37,780 nt of DNA from a virus (Duplodnaviria; Heunggongvirae; Uroviricota; Caudoviricetes). Below are positions 17,054 to 25,607 of this stretch, piece by piece; within the stretch, counting starts at the first letter, position 1, and the number at the start of each line of letters is the position of its first letter. Position numbers and translations under genes: made by a program. The notes beneath the pieces were generated by a model. The model was not told where the DNA came from, searched no databases, and worked only from the letters and a program-made list of their open reading frames with translations. Location: the IMG/VR virus record IMGVR_UViG_2541047682_000004; one strand, given 5' to 3'.

Positions 17054-17282
17054 TGTGGGCAAAAAAAGCCCGCGCTGGGAGACGCGGGCGGCAAGGAATA
17101 AACAATAAAACGTGAAGTAATATTTCAGCTGGCGAATAATACCCCATAGTAATCACTCTGCGCAACTGCGCGGTCTTTTTCGAATTGCGGGCTGTCGTCT
17201 CTCTTCTGCCATTGTCCTGTAACTTCCGGACTTCAGCCCGCTCCTTATTTTACTCACAATATTATCCCGGCCGGGAGGATTC

Positions 17283-17510
17283 ATGGCATTTAAACACTAT
17301 GACGTGGTCAGGGCGGTATCGCCGTCAGACCTTGCGAAACGACTGACACAAAAACTGAAGGAGGGCTGGCAGCCGTTTGGTAGTCCGGTGGCCATAACCC
17401 CTTATACCCTGATGCAGGCGATTGCAGCAGAAGGTGATGTGGTGGTCAGTGGTGCAACTGAGCCGGATTGGTACTACGTCATCGTACTGGCCCGGCATTC
17501 CAGGCCATAA
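17283..17510 (+). CDS. hypothetical small protein upstream of the holin (possibly DUF1737-like)
   Basis: 75-aa ORF with GGGAGGA RBS; position typical of small conserved ORFs preceding lysis genes. Confidence 0.55.
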   Translation: MAFKHYDVVRAVSPSDLAKRLTQKLKEGWQPFGSPVAITPYTLMQAIAAEGDVVVSGATEPDWYYVIVLARHSRP

Positions 17511-17778
17511 AAGACAGTCTGGCAGTGGGACTAAATGCACTGACGCTGATGGATATTACCAAAAATGTAACGTATGGCGTTGAGATAGAAAGTCTGGCGC
17601 TGGAGATAAATGCACCGGCATCATCATAAAAAGTGAGCCAGTCAAATGGAAGGTATCGTTAAACTCACCGGTAGTGTCAGTGGGTCGTCTGAGACGCTTG
17701 CATGAGTTATCAGAGCCATCAGTAGTTAACTGGTGGCTTTTTTATTGTTTTCAGCTTCCGGATAACGGGAGACGGGGT

Positions 17779-17994
17779 ATGGACCAGATGGAAAAAATCA
17801 CAACAGGTGTGTCATACACCACGTCAGCGGTGGGAACGGGCTACTGGTTCCTGCAGTTGCTGGACAGGGTTTCCCCGTCTCAGTGGGCGGCAATAGGCGT
17901 GCTGGGGAGTCTGCTGTTTGGGCTGCTGACATATCTGACTAACCTGTATTTCAAAATCAGAGAGGACCGTCGTAAGGCGGCACGGGGAGAGTAA
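17779..17994 (+). CDS. S: phage-21-type pinholin S21 (dual-start holin/antiholin)
   Basis: [71 protein letters not shown] closely matches my recollection of S21; dual start M1/M4; GGGAGACGGGG RBS. Confidence 0.85.
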   Translation: MDQMEKITTGVSYTTSAVGTGYWFLQLLDRVSPSQWAAIGVLGSLLFGLLTYLTNLYFKIREDRRKAARGE

Positions 17995-17998
17995 TTCA

Positions 17999-18343
17999 AT
18001 GACTCAAAACTATGAACTGATTGTGAAAGGGATCCGCAATTTTGAGAATAAAGTTACGGTAACTTTAGCATTACAGGACAAAGAACGCTTTGACGGTGAA
18101 ATTTTTGACCTGGACATCTCGCTGGACCGTGTTGAAGGTGCTGCGCTGGAGTTTTATGAGGCAGCGGCCAGAAGGAGCATCAGACAGGTCTTCCTGGATG
18201 TCGCTGCCGGGTTATGTGAAGGGGATGAGCAGTCGCCGGAAAAGCGCCCCGTAATTTTAGAGGCGCAGAATGTATGGATAACCTACAAAGGAAAGCTACC
18301 GGGAAGGATTACTGGTTCCCTGAAGACTCCGCCGAAATGGTAG
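17999..18343 (+). CDS. hypothetical protein inserted between holin and endolysin (YdfR-like position)
   Basis: 114-aa ORF starting 5 nt after the holin stop. Confidence 0.5.
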   Translation: MTQNYELIVKGIRNFENKVTVTLALQDKERFDGEIFDLDISLDRVEGAALEFYEAAARRSIRQVFLDVAAGLCEGDEQSPEKRPVILEAQNVWITYKGKLPGRITGSLKTPPKW

Positions 18344-18581
18344 TTTTGCCAGCATAATTTTCTTCCAGCAATGCCGCCAGCCACTTGAAAGAATTTTGTT
18401 GTTCCTGGGACCATTTGGGGTTGCGTGATTCAAAATGAATGGATGCCAGCGTTGGCAGCATTTGCTCCCTGGGAATTGATAAGGCCAGATGTGAAAATGC
18501 AACAGTGAGGGCATTTACATCATCCCGAAGCCTGGAAATGCAGTCGAGCAACTCCTGTAGAGAAATGGTGCTATTGTCCAT
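18309..18581 (-). CDS. hypothetical protein, convergent with the preceding ORF (35-nt 3' overlap)
   Basis: 90-aa ORF with AAGAGGA RBS about 8 nt upstream; unremarkable composition. Confidence 0.3.
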   Translation of the reverse strand: MDNSTISLQELLDCISRLRDDVNALTVAFSHLALSIPREQMLPTLASIHFESRNPKWSQEQQNSFKWLAALLEENYAGKTTISAESSGNQ

Positions 18582-18686
18582 AAATAATCCTCTTGATTGT
18601 CTTTACCTTTTCCCCGCCTGATTCAACAGGCCGGGACAGATAAACATATCCAGGGTTCAGAAACCGATAAATCCTGATAAATATCC

Positions 18687-19221
18687 ATGAACGCAAAAAT
18701 CAAATACGGCCTGTCAGCTGCAGTTCTGGCGCTGATTGGAGCAGGCGCATCAGCTCCTCAGATACTTGACCAGTTTCTGGATGAAAAAGAGGGTAACCAC
18801 ACTACGGCATACCGCGATGGTTCCGGCAACTGGACCATCTGTCGGGGGGGCCACGATGGTGGATGGAAAACCCGTTTTTCCCGGTATGAAACTGTCGAAG
18901 GAAAAATGCGACCAGGTCAACGCCATTGAGCGTGATAAGGCGCTGGCATGGGTGGAGAAAAACATCAAAGTGCCATTGAGCGAACCCCAGAAAGCGGGGA
19001 TCGCGTCATTCTGTCCGTACAACATTGGTCCCGGTAAGTGTTTCCCGTCGACGTTTTATAAACGAATTAATGCAGGTGATCGCAGGGGAGCGTGTGAGGC
19101 GATTCGCTGGTGGATTAAGGACGGTGGCAGAGACTGCCGTATTCGTTCAAACAACTGCTACGGTCAGGTATCCCGTCGTGACCAGGAGAGCGCGCTGGCG
19201 TGCTGGGGTATCGACAGATAA
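18687..19221 (+). pseudogene. R: SAR endolysin (lysozyme-like), interrupted by a frameshift in a G7 homopolymer at 18844-18850
   Basis: N-terminal SAR segment (LSAAVLALIGAGASA) and E...D...T catalytic context in frame 1 (ORF 18687..18929); rest of the lysozyme domain in ORF 18736..19221; removing one G restores a 177-aa product. Confidence 0.7.
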
Positions 19222-19380
19222 GCAGAATATTTTGCTGAAAAATAAGGCATGGCCACGCGGGCGGATAACATGAAATCCTGCGAAGTGGCGAAACGTAAGT
19301 GAATAAAAGTAAAAACCCCGTTTGTTGGCACCAAGCGGGGTTTTGTGTTTCCTGACTCCGGAAAAGTCAAAGGAGAAAGT

Positions 19381-19518
19381 GTGTTTGATTTTAGCAAACT
19401 GATTCGGGAGATTCGAGTGATGGCTGAAAAATTATCCACCTGGAAGTTCATTCTTATCTGGCTGGTGTTTGTGATTATGGCCTCTGGTTATTTCATCGGT
19501 CAGATACGCTGGTGGTGA
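19381..19518 (+). CDS. putative small single-pass membrane protein (45 aa from GTG, or 32 aa from ATG at 19420)
   Basis: AGGAG at 19371-19375 with 5-nt spacer to GTG; hydrophobic core [20 protein letters not shown]; stop 1 nt before Rz start. Confidence 0.3.
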   Translation: MFDFSKLIREIRVMAEKLSTWKFILIWLVFVIMASGYFIGQIRWW

Positions 19519-19519
19519 A

Positions 19520-19984
19520 ATGAACCGCGTACTGTGCGTGGTCATCATTGCCCTGCTGGTGGCCTGTGGTGCGCTTAGTCTGGGGCTGAATCATTACCGT
19601 GATAACGCCATTACCTACAAAGCCCAGCGCGACAAAAATGTCAGAGAACTGAAGCTGGCGAACGCGGCAATTACTGACATGCAGATGCGTCAGCGTGATG
19701 TTGCTGCGCTCGATGCAAAATACACGAAGGAGTTAGCTGATGCGAAAGCTGAAAATGATGCTCTGCGTGATGATGTTGCCGCTGGTCGTCGTCGGTTGCA
19801 CATCAAAGCAGTCTGTCAGTCAGTGCGTGAAGCCACCACCGCCTCCGGCGTGGATAATGCAGCCTCCCCCCGACTGGCAGACACCGCTGAACGGGATTAT
19901 TTCACCCTCAGAGCGCGACTGATAATAATGCAAAAACAACTTGAAGGGGCACAGCTATACATTCGAGAGCAATGCCTCAGATAA
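19520..19984 (+). CDS. Rz: Rz inner-membrane spanin (i-spanin)
   Basis: 154 aa; N-terminal TM helix then coiled-coil; close match to lambda Rz ([17 protein letters not shown]...). Confidence 0.85.
   Translation: MNRVLCVVIIALLVACGALSLGLNHYRDNAITYKAQRDKNVRELKLANAAITDMQMRQRDVAALDAKYTKELADAKAENDALRDDVAAGRRRLHIKAVCQSVREATTASGVDNAASPRLADTAERDYFTLRARLIIMQKQLEGAQLYIREQCLR
19740..19922 (+). CDS. Rz1: Rz1 outer-membrane lipoprotein spanin (o-spanin), embedded in Rz in the +1 frame
   Basis: 60 aa; lipobox LVVVGC; proline-rich; near-identical to lambda Rz1. Confidence 0.8.
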   Translation: MRKLKMMLCVMMLPLVVVGCTSKQSVSQCVKPPPPPAWIMQPPPDWQTPLNGIISPSERD

Positions 19985-20291
19985 AAACCGGCCAAGGATA
20001 ATCCGCTGAAGATTCGCCGGTGGCTAAAGTGTGCCAAGAGTTCAATTTACGCAATTACTCCTGTCGATGCTATGTACCGTCTTTGTGAAGTCAATGGATA
20101 CCTGATTTATTTCTGTGCGCTGTATCGTCGCTGTACTCTTGCATTAATTATGACTGTAGCCTGACGGGGAACTCCTTCTGCACAAGTGTGGGGGAATAAT
20201 CAAAAACGATGCACACCGGGGTTACCGGGTACACATATTTCATCATGCCAGCGAGTCCGGTTCTGGCACGGAAGAAACCGGACGTTATGAT

Positions 20292-20702
20292 TTAGTGCGG
20301 AAATATTTGTGTAGTGTTCTGAATGTTCTCAGTAAAGAGTAATGAATTATCAAAGGTATAGTAATACCTTTTGTTTTCGTGGATATTTGTAATCCATCTG
20401 AAAACCCCTGCTGTAGCAAGATTTTTCCTGTATTCGTAAAATGATAACTCTCCTGATTTGAATCCTTTTAAGGTGGCTTCTATAAGGCATTTATTTTTTG
20501 AAAATCTTACATTTACAACCTTACCCTGTCCTTTTATTAAAACCGTATTATCGTTTTCAAGAACAAGATGAATATTCTCTGTGGCTAAATAGTAAATGTA
20601 ATGTGAGACATTGTGACGTTTTAGTTCAGAATAAAACCAGTGATAGTTTAAATTATTTCGCACTTTATCGAATATTTGTTTAAAAATGGCAATCTGAGCC
20701 AT
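20292..20702 (-). CDS. hypothetical protein (136 aa from MAQIAIF; AT-rich; YbcV/DUF1398-like by position)
   Basis: ORF 20292..20717; preferred start at 20702 with GGAAGG RBS; low GC; at the bor-equivalent locus between Rz and cos. Confidence 0.5.
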   Translation of the reverse strand: MAQIAIFKQIFDKVRNNLNYHWFYSELKRHNVSHYIYYLATENIHLVLENDNTVLIKGQGKVVNVRFSKNKCLIEATLKGFKSGELSFYEYRKNLATAGVFRWITNIHENKRYYYTFDNSLLFTENIQNTTQIFPH

Positions 20703-20759
20703 TGTAGTACCTTCCATGTGATATGAGGGGGGGTAGTCTGCACGATTATCTAAATTGCT

Positions 20760-20993
20760 TCAATCTGGTCTGACCTGTTTTCTGAGCAATTCAGTAATGT
20801 CACTCTTTTCTTTGTTTGCTTCAGGCGAAACTCTTTTTTCTGAGCACAGTCTCCGGCGGCAGGCTTCAATGACCCAGGCTGAGAAATTCCCGGACCCTTT
20901 TTGAACAAGAGCGATGTTAATTTGTTCAATCATTTGGTTAGGAAAGCGGATGTTGCGGGTTGTTGTTCTGCGGGTTCTGTTCTTCGTTGACAT
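20760..20993 (-). CDS. ribbon-helix-helix (Arc/CopG-like) DNA-binding protein
   Basis: 77 aa; RNIRFPNQMIEQINIALVQKGSGNFSAWVIEACRRRL fits the RHH beta-strand and two-helix pattern; directly upstream of the 136-aa gene on the same strand. Confidence 0.5.
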   Translation of the reverse strand: MSTKNRTRRTTTRNIRFPNQMIEQINIALVQKGSGNFSAWVIEACRRRLCSEKRVSPEANKEKSDITELLRKQVRPD

Positions 20994-21192
20994 GAGGTTG
21001 CCCTGTATTCAGTGTCGCTGATTTGTATTGTCTGAAGTTGTTTTTACGTTAGGTTGATGCAGATCAATTAATACGATACCTGCGTCATAATTGATTATTT
21101 GACGTGGTTTGATGGCCTCCACGCACGTTGTGATATGTAGATGATAATCATTATCGCTTTACGGGTCCTTTCCGGTGATCCGACAGGTTACG

Positions 21193-21204
21193 GGGCGGCG
21201 ACCT
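21193..21204. other. cosN cohesive-end site (GGGCGGCGACCT) with flanking lambda-like cosQ/cosB
   Basis: ACGGGGCGGCGACCTCGCGGTTTTTCACTATTTATGAAAATTTT closely matches the lambda left-end sequence; about 180 bp upstream of the Nu1 start. Confidence 0.8.
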
Positions 21205-21379
21205 CGCGGTTTTTCACTATTTATGAAAATTTTTCAGGGAAAATCGTGTCGGTACTTCTCGAATATAACTTTTTGTTTTTTTTAATATTGCATTCATAAA
21301 TGTCCGACATGAAAGTGTCCGAAAATGCCTTTTTCTGGCGTTTTCATGTCGGGCCTTGTATTTGATAATGGGTTGTTCT

Positions 21380-21928
21380 ATGAAGGTTAATAAAAAGAGG
21401 CTTGCCGAAATTTTTAACGTGGACCCGCGGACGATTGAACGCTGGCAGTCTCAGGGGCTCCCTTGCGTCTCCAAAGGCAGTAAGGGCATTGAATCTGTAT
21501 TTGATACTGCCATGGCAATTCAGTGGTATGCGCAGAGGGAAACTGATATCGAAAACGAAAAGCTCCGCAAAGAACTGGCCGATTTGCGTGCGGCAGCGGA
21601 GTCAGATTTACAACCCGGCACCATTGACTATGAACGCTACCGGCTCACAAAAGCGCAGGCAGATGCGCAGGAACTGAAAAATGCCCGTGAAGACGGAGTG
21701 GTGCTGGAAACTGAACTGTTTACCTTCATTCTGCAACGTGTGGCACAGGAGATTTCGGGGATACTTGTGCGTGTGCCGTTGACATTACAGCGTAAATATC
21801 CGGACATTTCACCATCACACCTTGATGTGGTGAAAACTGAAATCGCGAAAGCCTCCAATGTTGCAGCTAAGGCCGGTGAAAACGTGGGCGGGTGGATCGA
21901 TGATTTCAGACGCACAGAAGGCAGCTAA
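21380..21928 (+). CDS. nu1: terminase small subunit (lambda Nu1)
   Basis: [23 protein letters not shown]... strongly similar to lambda Nu1. Confidence 0.9.
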   Translation: MKVNKKRLAEIFNVDPRTIERWQSQGLPCVSKGSKGIESVFDTAMAIQWYAQRETDIENEKLRKELADLRAAAESDLQPGTIDYERYRLTKAQADAQELKNAREDGVVLETELFTFILQRVAQEISGILVRVPLTLQRKYPDISPSHLDVVKTEIAKASNVAAKAGENVGGWIDDFRRTEGS

Positions 21929-23828
21929 TGCAGCCGGTGCGATAGCTACAGGGCTTTTATCTCTCATTATTCCTGTTCCACTGACGACAGTTCAGTGGGC
22001 CAATAAACATTATTACCTTCCTAAAGAGTCGTCTTATACCCCGGGGCGGTGGGAAACACTGCCGTTTCAGGTTGGCATCATGAACTGTATGGGCAACGAT
22101 TTGATTCGCACTGTTAACCTGATTAAATCTGCCCGTGTTGGTTATACAAAGATGTTGCTGGGAGTGGAGGCTTATTTTATTGAGCATAAATCACGCAACA
22201 GCCTTCTTTTTCAGCCCACGGACTCAGCTGCTGAAGATTTTATGAAATCTCATGTTGAGCCAACGATAAGGGATGTTCCTGCATTGCTGGAGCTGGCTCC
22301 ATGGTTCGGAAGAAAACACCGCGATAATACGCTCACCCTGAAGCGTTTTTCCTCCGGTGTGGGTTTCTGGTGTCTGGGGGGAGCGGCAGCAAAAAACTAC
22401 CGTGAAAAATCCGTGGATGTGGTTTGTTATGACGAGCTTTCCTCGTTCGAACCGGATGTTGAAAAAGAGGGTTCGCCAACCCTGCTGGGGGATAAACGTA
22501 TTGAGGGCTCTGTATGGCCAAAATCCATTCGCGGCTCGACGCCTAAAATCAAAGGCTCCTGCCAGATCGAAAAAGCCGCTAACGAGTCGGCACATTTCAT
22601 GCGTTTTTATGTGCCCTGTCCGCACTGTGGGGAGGAGCAGTATCTGAAATTTGGCGATGATGCCTCGCCTTTCGGTCTTAAGTGGGAGAAGAATAAGCCA
22701 GAAAGTGTTTTCTACCTTTGTGAGCATCATGGCTGTGTGATCCATCAGTCTGAGCTTGACCAGAGTAACGGGCGGTGGATCTGTGAAAACACGGGCATGT
22801 GGACCCGTGACGGCCTGACATTTTTCAGCGCCCGGGGTGATGAAATTCCGCCGCCGCGCTCCATCACTTTCCATATCTGGACGGCGTACAGTCCGTTCAC
22901 CACCTGGGTACAGATTGTCTATGACTGGCTGGATGCACTGAAAGATCCCAACGGCCTGAAAACCTTTGTGAACACCACGCTGGGCGAGACCTGGGAAGAG
23001 GCTGTGGGCGAAAAACTCGATCACCAGGTGCTGATGGATAAGGTTGTGCGTTACACGGCGGCGGTGCCTGCCCGGGTGGTTTATCTGACGGCGGGCATTG
23101 ACTCGCAGCGAAACCGTTTTGAGATGTATGTCTGGGGATGGGCTCCGGGAGAGGAAGCCTTTCTGGTGGATAAAATCATCATTATGGGGCGTCCCGATGA
23201 GGAAGAGACGCTGTTACGTGTGGATGCGGCGATCAACAAAAAATACCGCCATGCAGACGGAACCGAAATGACCATTTCCCGTGTCTGCTGGGACACCGGG
23301 GGGATCGATGGCGAAATCGTCTATCAGAGGTCAAAAAAACACGGTGTTTTCCGGGTGCTGCCGGTAAAAGGTGCATCTGTTTATGGCAAGCCGGTGATCA
23401 CCATGCCAAAAACCCGCAATCAGCGGGGCGTGTATCTGTGCGAAGTGGGGACGGACACCGCAAAAGAAATTCTCTATGCCCGTATGAAAGCCGATCCCAC
23501 GCCTGCGGATGAAGCCACGTCGTATGCCATCCGTTTTCCTGATGATCCGGAGATTTTTTCGCAGACAGAGGCGCAGCAACTGGTGGCGGAAGAGCTTGTG
23601 GAGAAGTGGGAAAAAGGAAAGATGCGTCTGCTGTGGGATAACAAAAAGCGGCGTAACGAAGCGCTGGACTGCCTGGTGTATGCCTACGCGGCATTACGTG
23701 TGTCCGTGCAACGCTGGCAGCTTGATCTGGCTGTACTGGCAAAATCCCGGGAAGAAGAGACGACCCGGCCAACCCTTAAAGAACTGGCAGCGAAGCTGTC
23801 CGGAGGAGTGAATGGTTACAGTCGCTGA
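21900..23828 (+). CDS. A: terminase large subunit (lambda gpA)
   Basis: about 640 aa; extensive similarity to lambda A ([42 protein letters not shown]); overlaps nu1 end. Confidence 0.9.
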   Translation: MISDAQKAANAAGAIATGLLSLIIPVPLTTVQWANKHYYLPKESSYTPGRWETLPFQVGIMNCMGNDLIRTVNLIKSARVGYTKMLLGVEAYFIEHKSRNSLLFQPTDSAAEDFMKSHVEPTIRDVPALLELAPWFGRKHRDNTLTLKRFSSGVGFWCLGGAAAKNYREKSVDVVCYDELSSFEPDVEKEGSPTLLGDKRIEGSVWPKSIRGSTPKIKGSCQIEKAANESAHFMRFYVPCPHCGEEQYLKFGDDASPFGLKWEKNKPESVFYLCEHHGCVIHQSELDQSNGRWICENTGMWTRDGLTFFSARGDEIPPPRSITFHIWTAYSPFTTWVQIVYDWLDALKDPNGLKTFVNTTLGETWEEAVGEKLDHQVLMDKVVRYTAAVPARVVYLTAGIDSQRNRFEMYVWGWAPGEEAFLVDKIIIMGRPDEEETLLRVDAAINKKYRHADGTEMTISRVCWDTGGIDGEIVYQRSKKHGVFRVLPVKGASVYGKPVITMPKTRNQRGVYLCEVGTDTAKEILYARMKADPTPADEATSYAIRFPDDPEIFSQTEAQQLVAEELVEKWEKGKMRLLWDNKKRRNEALDCLVYAYAALRVSVQRWQLDLAVLAKSREEETTRPTLKELAAKLSGGVNGYSR

Positions 23829-24018
23829 ACTGCAGGCGCTGCGTCAGGCGCGCCTTGATTTATTAACCGGTAAACGGGTGGTGTCTGTCCAGAAAGATGG
23901 TCGCAGAATTGAATATACGGCAGCTTCTCTGGATGAGCTTAACCGGGCGATCAATGATGCGGAGTCGGTACTGGGGACAACCCGCCGTCGCCGTCGTCCG
24001 CTGGGAGTGAGGTTATGA
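23812..24018 (+). CDS. W: head-tail joining protein W
   Basis: 68 aa, lambda W-like (LTGKRVVSVQKDGRRIEYTA). Confidence 0.85.
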   Translation: MVTVAELQALRQARLDLLTGKRVVSVQKDGRRIEYTAASLDELNRAINDAESVLGTTRRRRRPLGVRL

Positions 24019-25607
24019 AACGAACGCCTGTCCTGATTGATGTGAACGGCGTTCCGCTTCGGGAGAGCCTCAGCTACACCGGTGGCGGTGCAGGATTTGG
24101 CGGGCAAATGGCAGAGTGGTTGCCACCCTCGCAGAGTGCCGATGCGGCCCTGCTGCCCGCGTTGCGTCTGGGGAATGCCCGTGCAGATGATCTGGTGCGC
24201 AATAACGGAATAGCGGCCAATGCGGTGGCCCTGCATAAGGATCACATTGTCGGGCATATGTTTCTGATTAGCTACCGTCCGAACTGGCGCTGGCTGGGGA
24301 TGCGGGAGACCGCGGCAAAAAGTTTTGTCGATGAGGTGGAGGCGGCCTGGTCAGAATACGCAGAAGGGATGTTTGGTGAGATCGACGTGGAAGGGAAACG
24401 CACGTTTACGGAATTTATCCGTGAAGGTGTGGGCGTTCATGCGTTTAACGGCGAAATCTTTGTGCAGCCGGTCTGGGATACGGAGAGTACGCAACTGTTT
24501 CGTACGCGTTTTAAAGCCGTGAGTCCGAAACGGGTGGACACGCCAGGACACGGTATCGGGAACCGTTTTCTGCGGGCCGGTGTGGAGGTTGATCGATATG
24601 GCCGTGCCGTTGCGTACCATATCTGTGAGGATGATTTTCCTCGCTCCGGGAGTGGACGATGGGAACGGATCCCGCGTGAACTACCCACCGGGCGTCCGGC
24701 CATGCTGCATATTTTCGAGCCGGTGGAGGACGGGCAGACCCGTGGAGCCAATCAGTTTTACAGCGTTATGGAACGGCTGAAGATGCTGGATTCCCTGCAG
24801 GCAACACAGCTTCAGTCGGCCATAGTGAAGGCGATGTATGCAGCGACGATTGAAAGTGACCTTGATACCGAAAAGGCCTTTGAATATATCGCCGGTGCGC
24901 CGCAGGGGCAGAAGGATAATCCGCTTATTAATATTCTGGATAAGTTCTCCACCTGGTATGACACGAATAGCGTGACGCTGGGCGGTGTCAAAATTCCGCA
25001 CCTTTTCCCCGGTGATGATCTGAAACTTCAGACCGCGCAGGATTCAGACAATGGATTTTCGGCGCTTGAACAGGCGCTGCTGCGGTATATCGCCGCCGGT
25101 CTTGGCGTTTCCTACGAACAGTTGTCCCGTGATTACTCGAAGGTCAGTTACTCAAGTGCCCGCGCATCCGCCAATGAGTCGTGGCGCTATTTTATGGGGC
25201 GGCGAAAATTTATTGCGTCCCGGCTGGCCACGCAGATGTTTTCCTGCTGGCTGGAAGAGGCACTTCTTCGGGGGATTATTCGTCCGCCACGGGCACGGTT
25301 TGATTTTTATCAGGCGCGATCAGCCTGGTCACGGGCTGAGTGGATTGGAGCCGGAAGAATGGCCATTGACGGGCTCAAGGAGGTTCAGGAATCAGTGATG
25401 CGCATTGAGGCCGGACTGAGCACGTATGAGAAAGAGCTGGCGCTGATGGGCGAGGATTATCAGGACATTTTCCGCCAGCAGGTCAGGGAATCTGCAGAGC
25501 GGGAAAAAGCCGGACTCTCACGTCCGGTGTGGATAGCGCAGGCGTATCAGCAGCAGATAGCGGAGAGTCGCAGGCCGGAAGAGGAGACAACACCACGTGA
25601 GACGTAA
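24015..25607 (+). CDS. B: portal protein (lambda gpB)
   Basis: 530 aa; strong similarity to lambda B (GANQFYSVMERLKMLDSLQ, LLRYIAAGLGVSYEQLSR). Confidence 0.9.
   Translation: MKRTPVLIDVNGVPLRESLSYTGGGAGFGGQMAEWLPPSQSADAALLPALRLGNARADDLVRNNGIAANAVALHKDHIVGHMFLISYRPNWRWLGMRETAAKSFVDEVEAAWSEYAEGMFGEIDVEGKRTFTEFIREGVGVHAFNGEIFVQPVWDTESTQLFRTRFKAVSPKRVDTPGHGIGNRFLRAGVEVDRYGRAVAYHICEDDFPRSGSGRWERIPRELPTGRPAMLHIFEPVEDGQTRGANQFYSVMERLKMLDSLQATQLQSAIVKAMYAATIESDLDTEKAFEYIAGAPQGQKDNPLINILDKFSTWYDTNSVTLGGVKIPHLFPGDDLKLQTAQDSDNGFSALEQALLRYIAAGLGVSYEQLSRDYSKVSYSSARASANESWRYFMGRRKFIASRLATQMFSCWLEEALLRGIIRPPRARFDFYQARSAWSRAEWIGAGRMAIDGLKEVQESVMRIEAGLSTYEKELALMGEDYQDIFRQQVRESAEREKAGLSRPVWIAQAYQQQIAESRRPEEETTPRET

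Noticed and set aside
16353-17055. Possible CRISPR array (repeated units)
   Set aside because: Only two copies of long (about 200 bp) units separated by about 250 bp, with internal divergence; no short regularly spaced direct repeats and no cas genes.
16320-17280. Shiga toxin or other AB5 toxin cargo at the tRNA-lysis locus
   Set aside because: No ORFs of suitable size or signal peptides are present; the locus carries RNA-like units instead.
18736-19221. Independent 161-aa ORF
   Set aside because: Interpreted as the C-terminal frame of the frameshifted endolysin, not a separate gene.
22224-23024. 266-aa minus-strand ORF
   Set aside because: Entirely antisense within terminase large subunit gene A, which has strong lambda homology on the plus strand.
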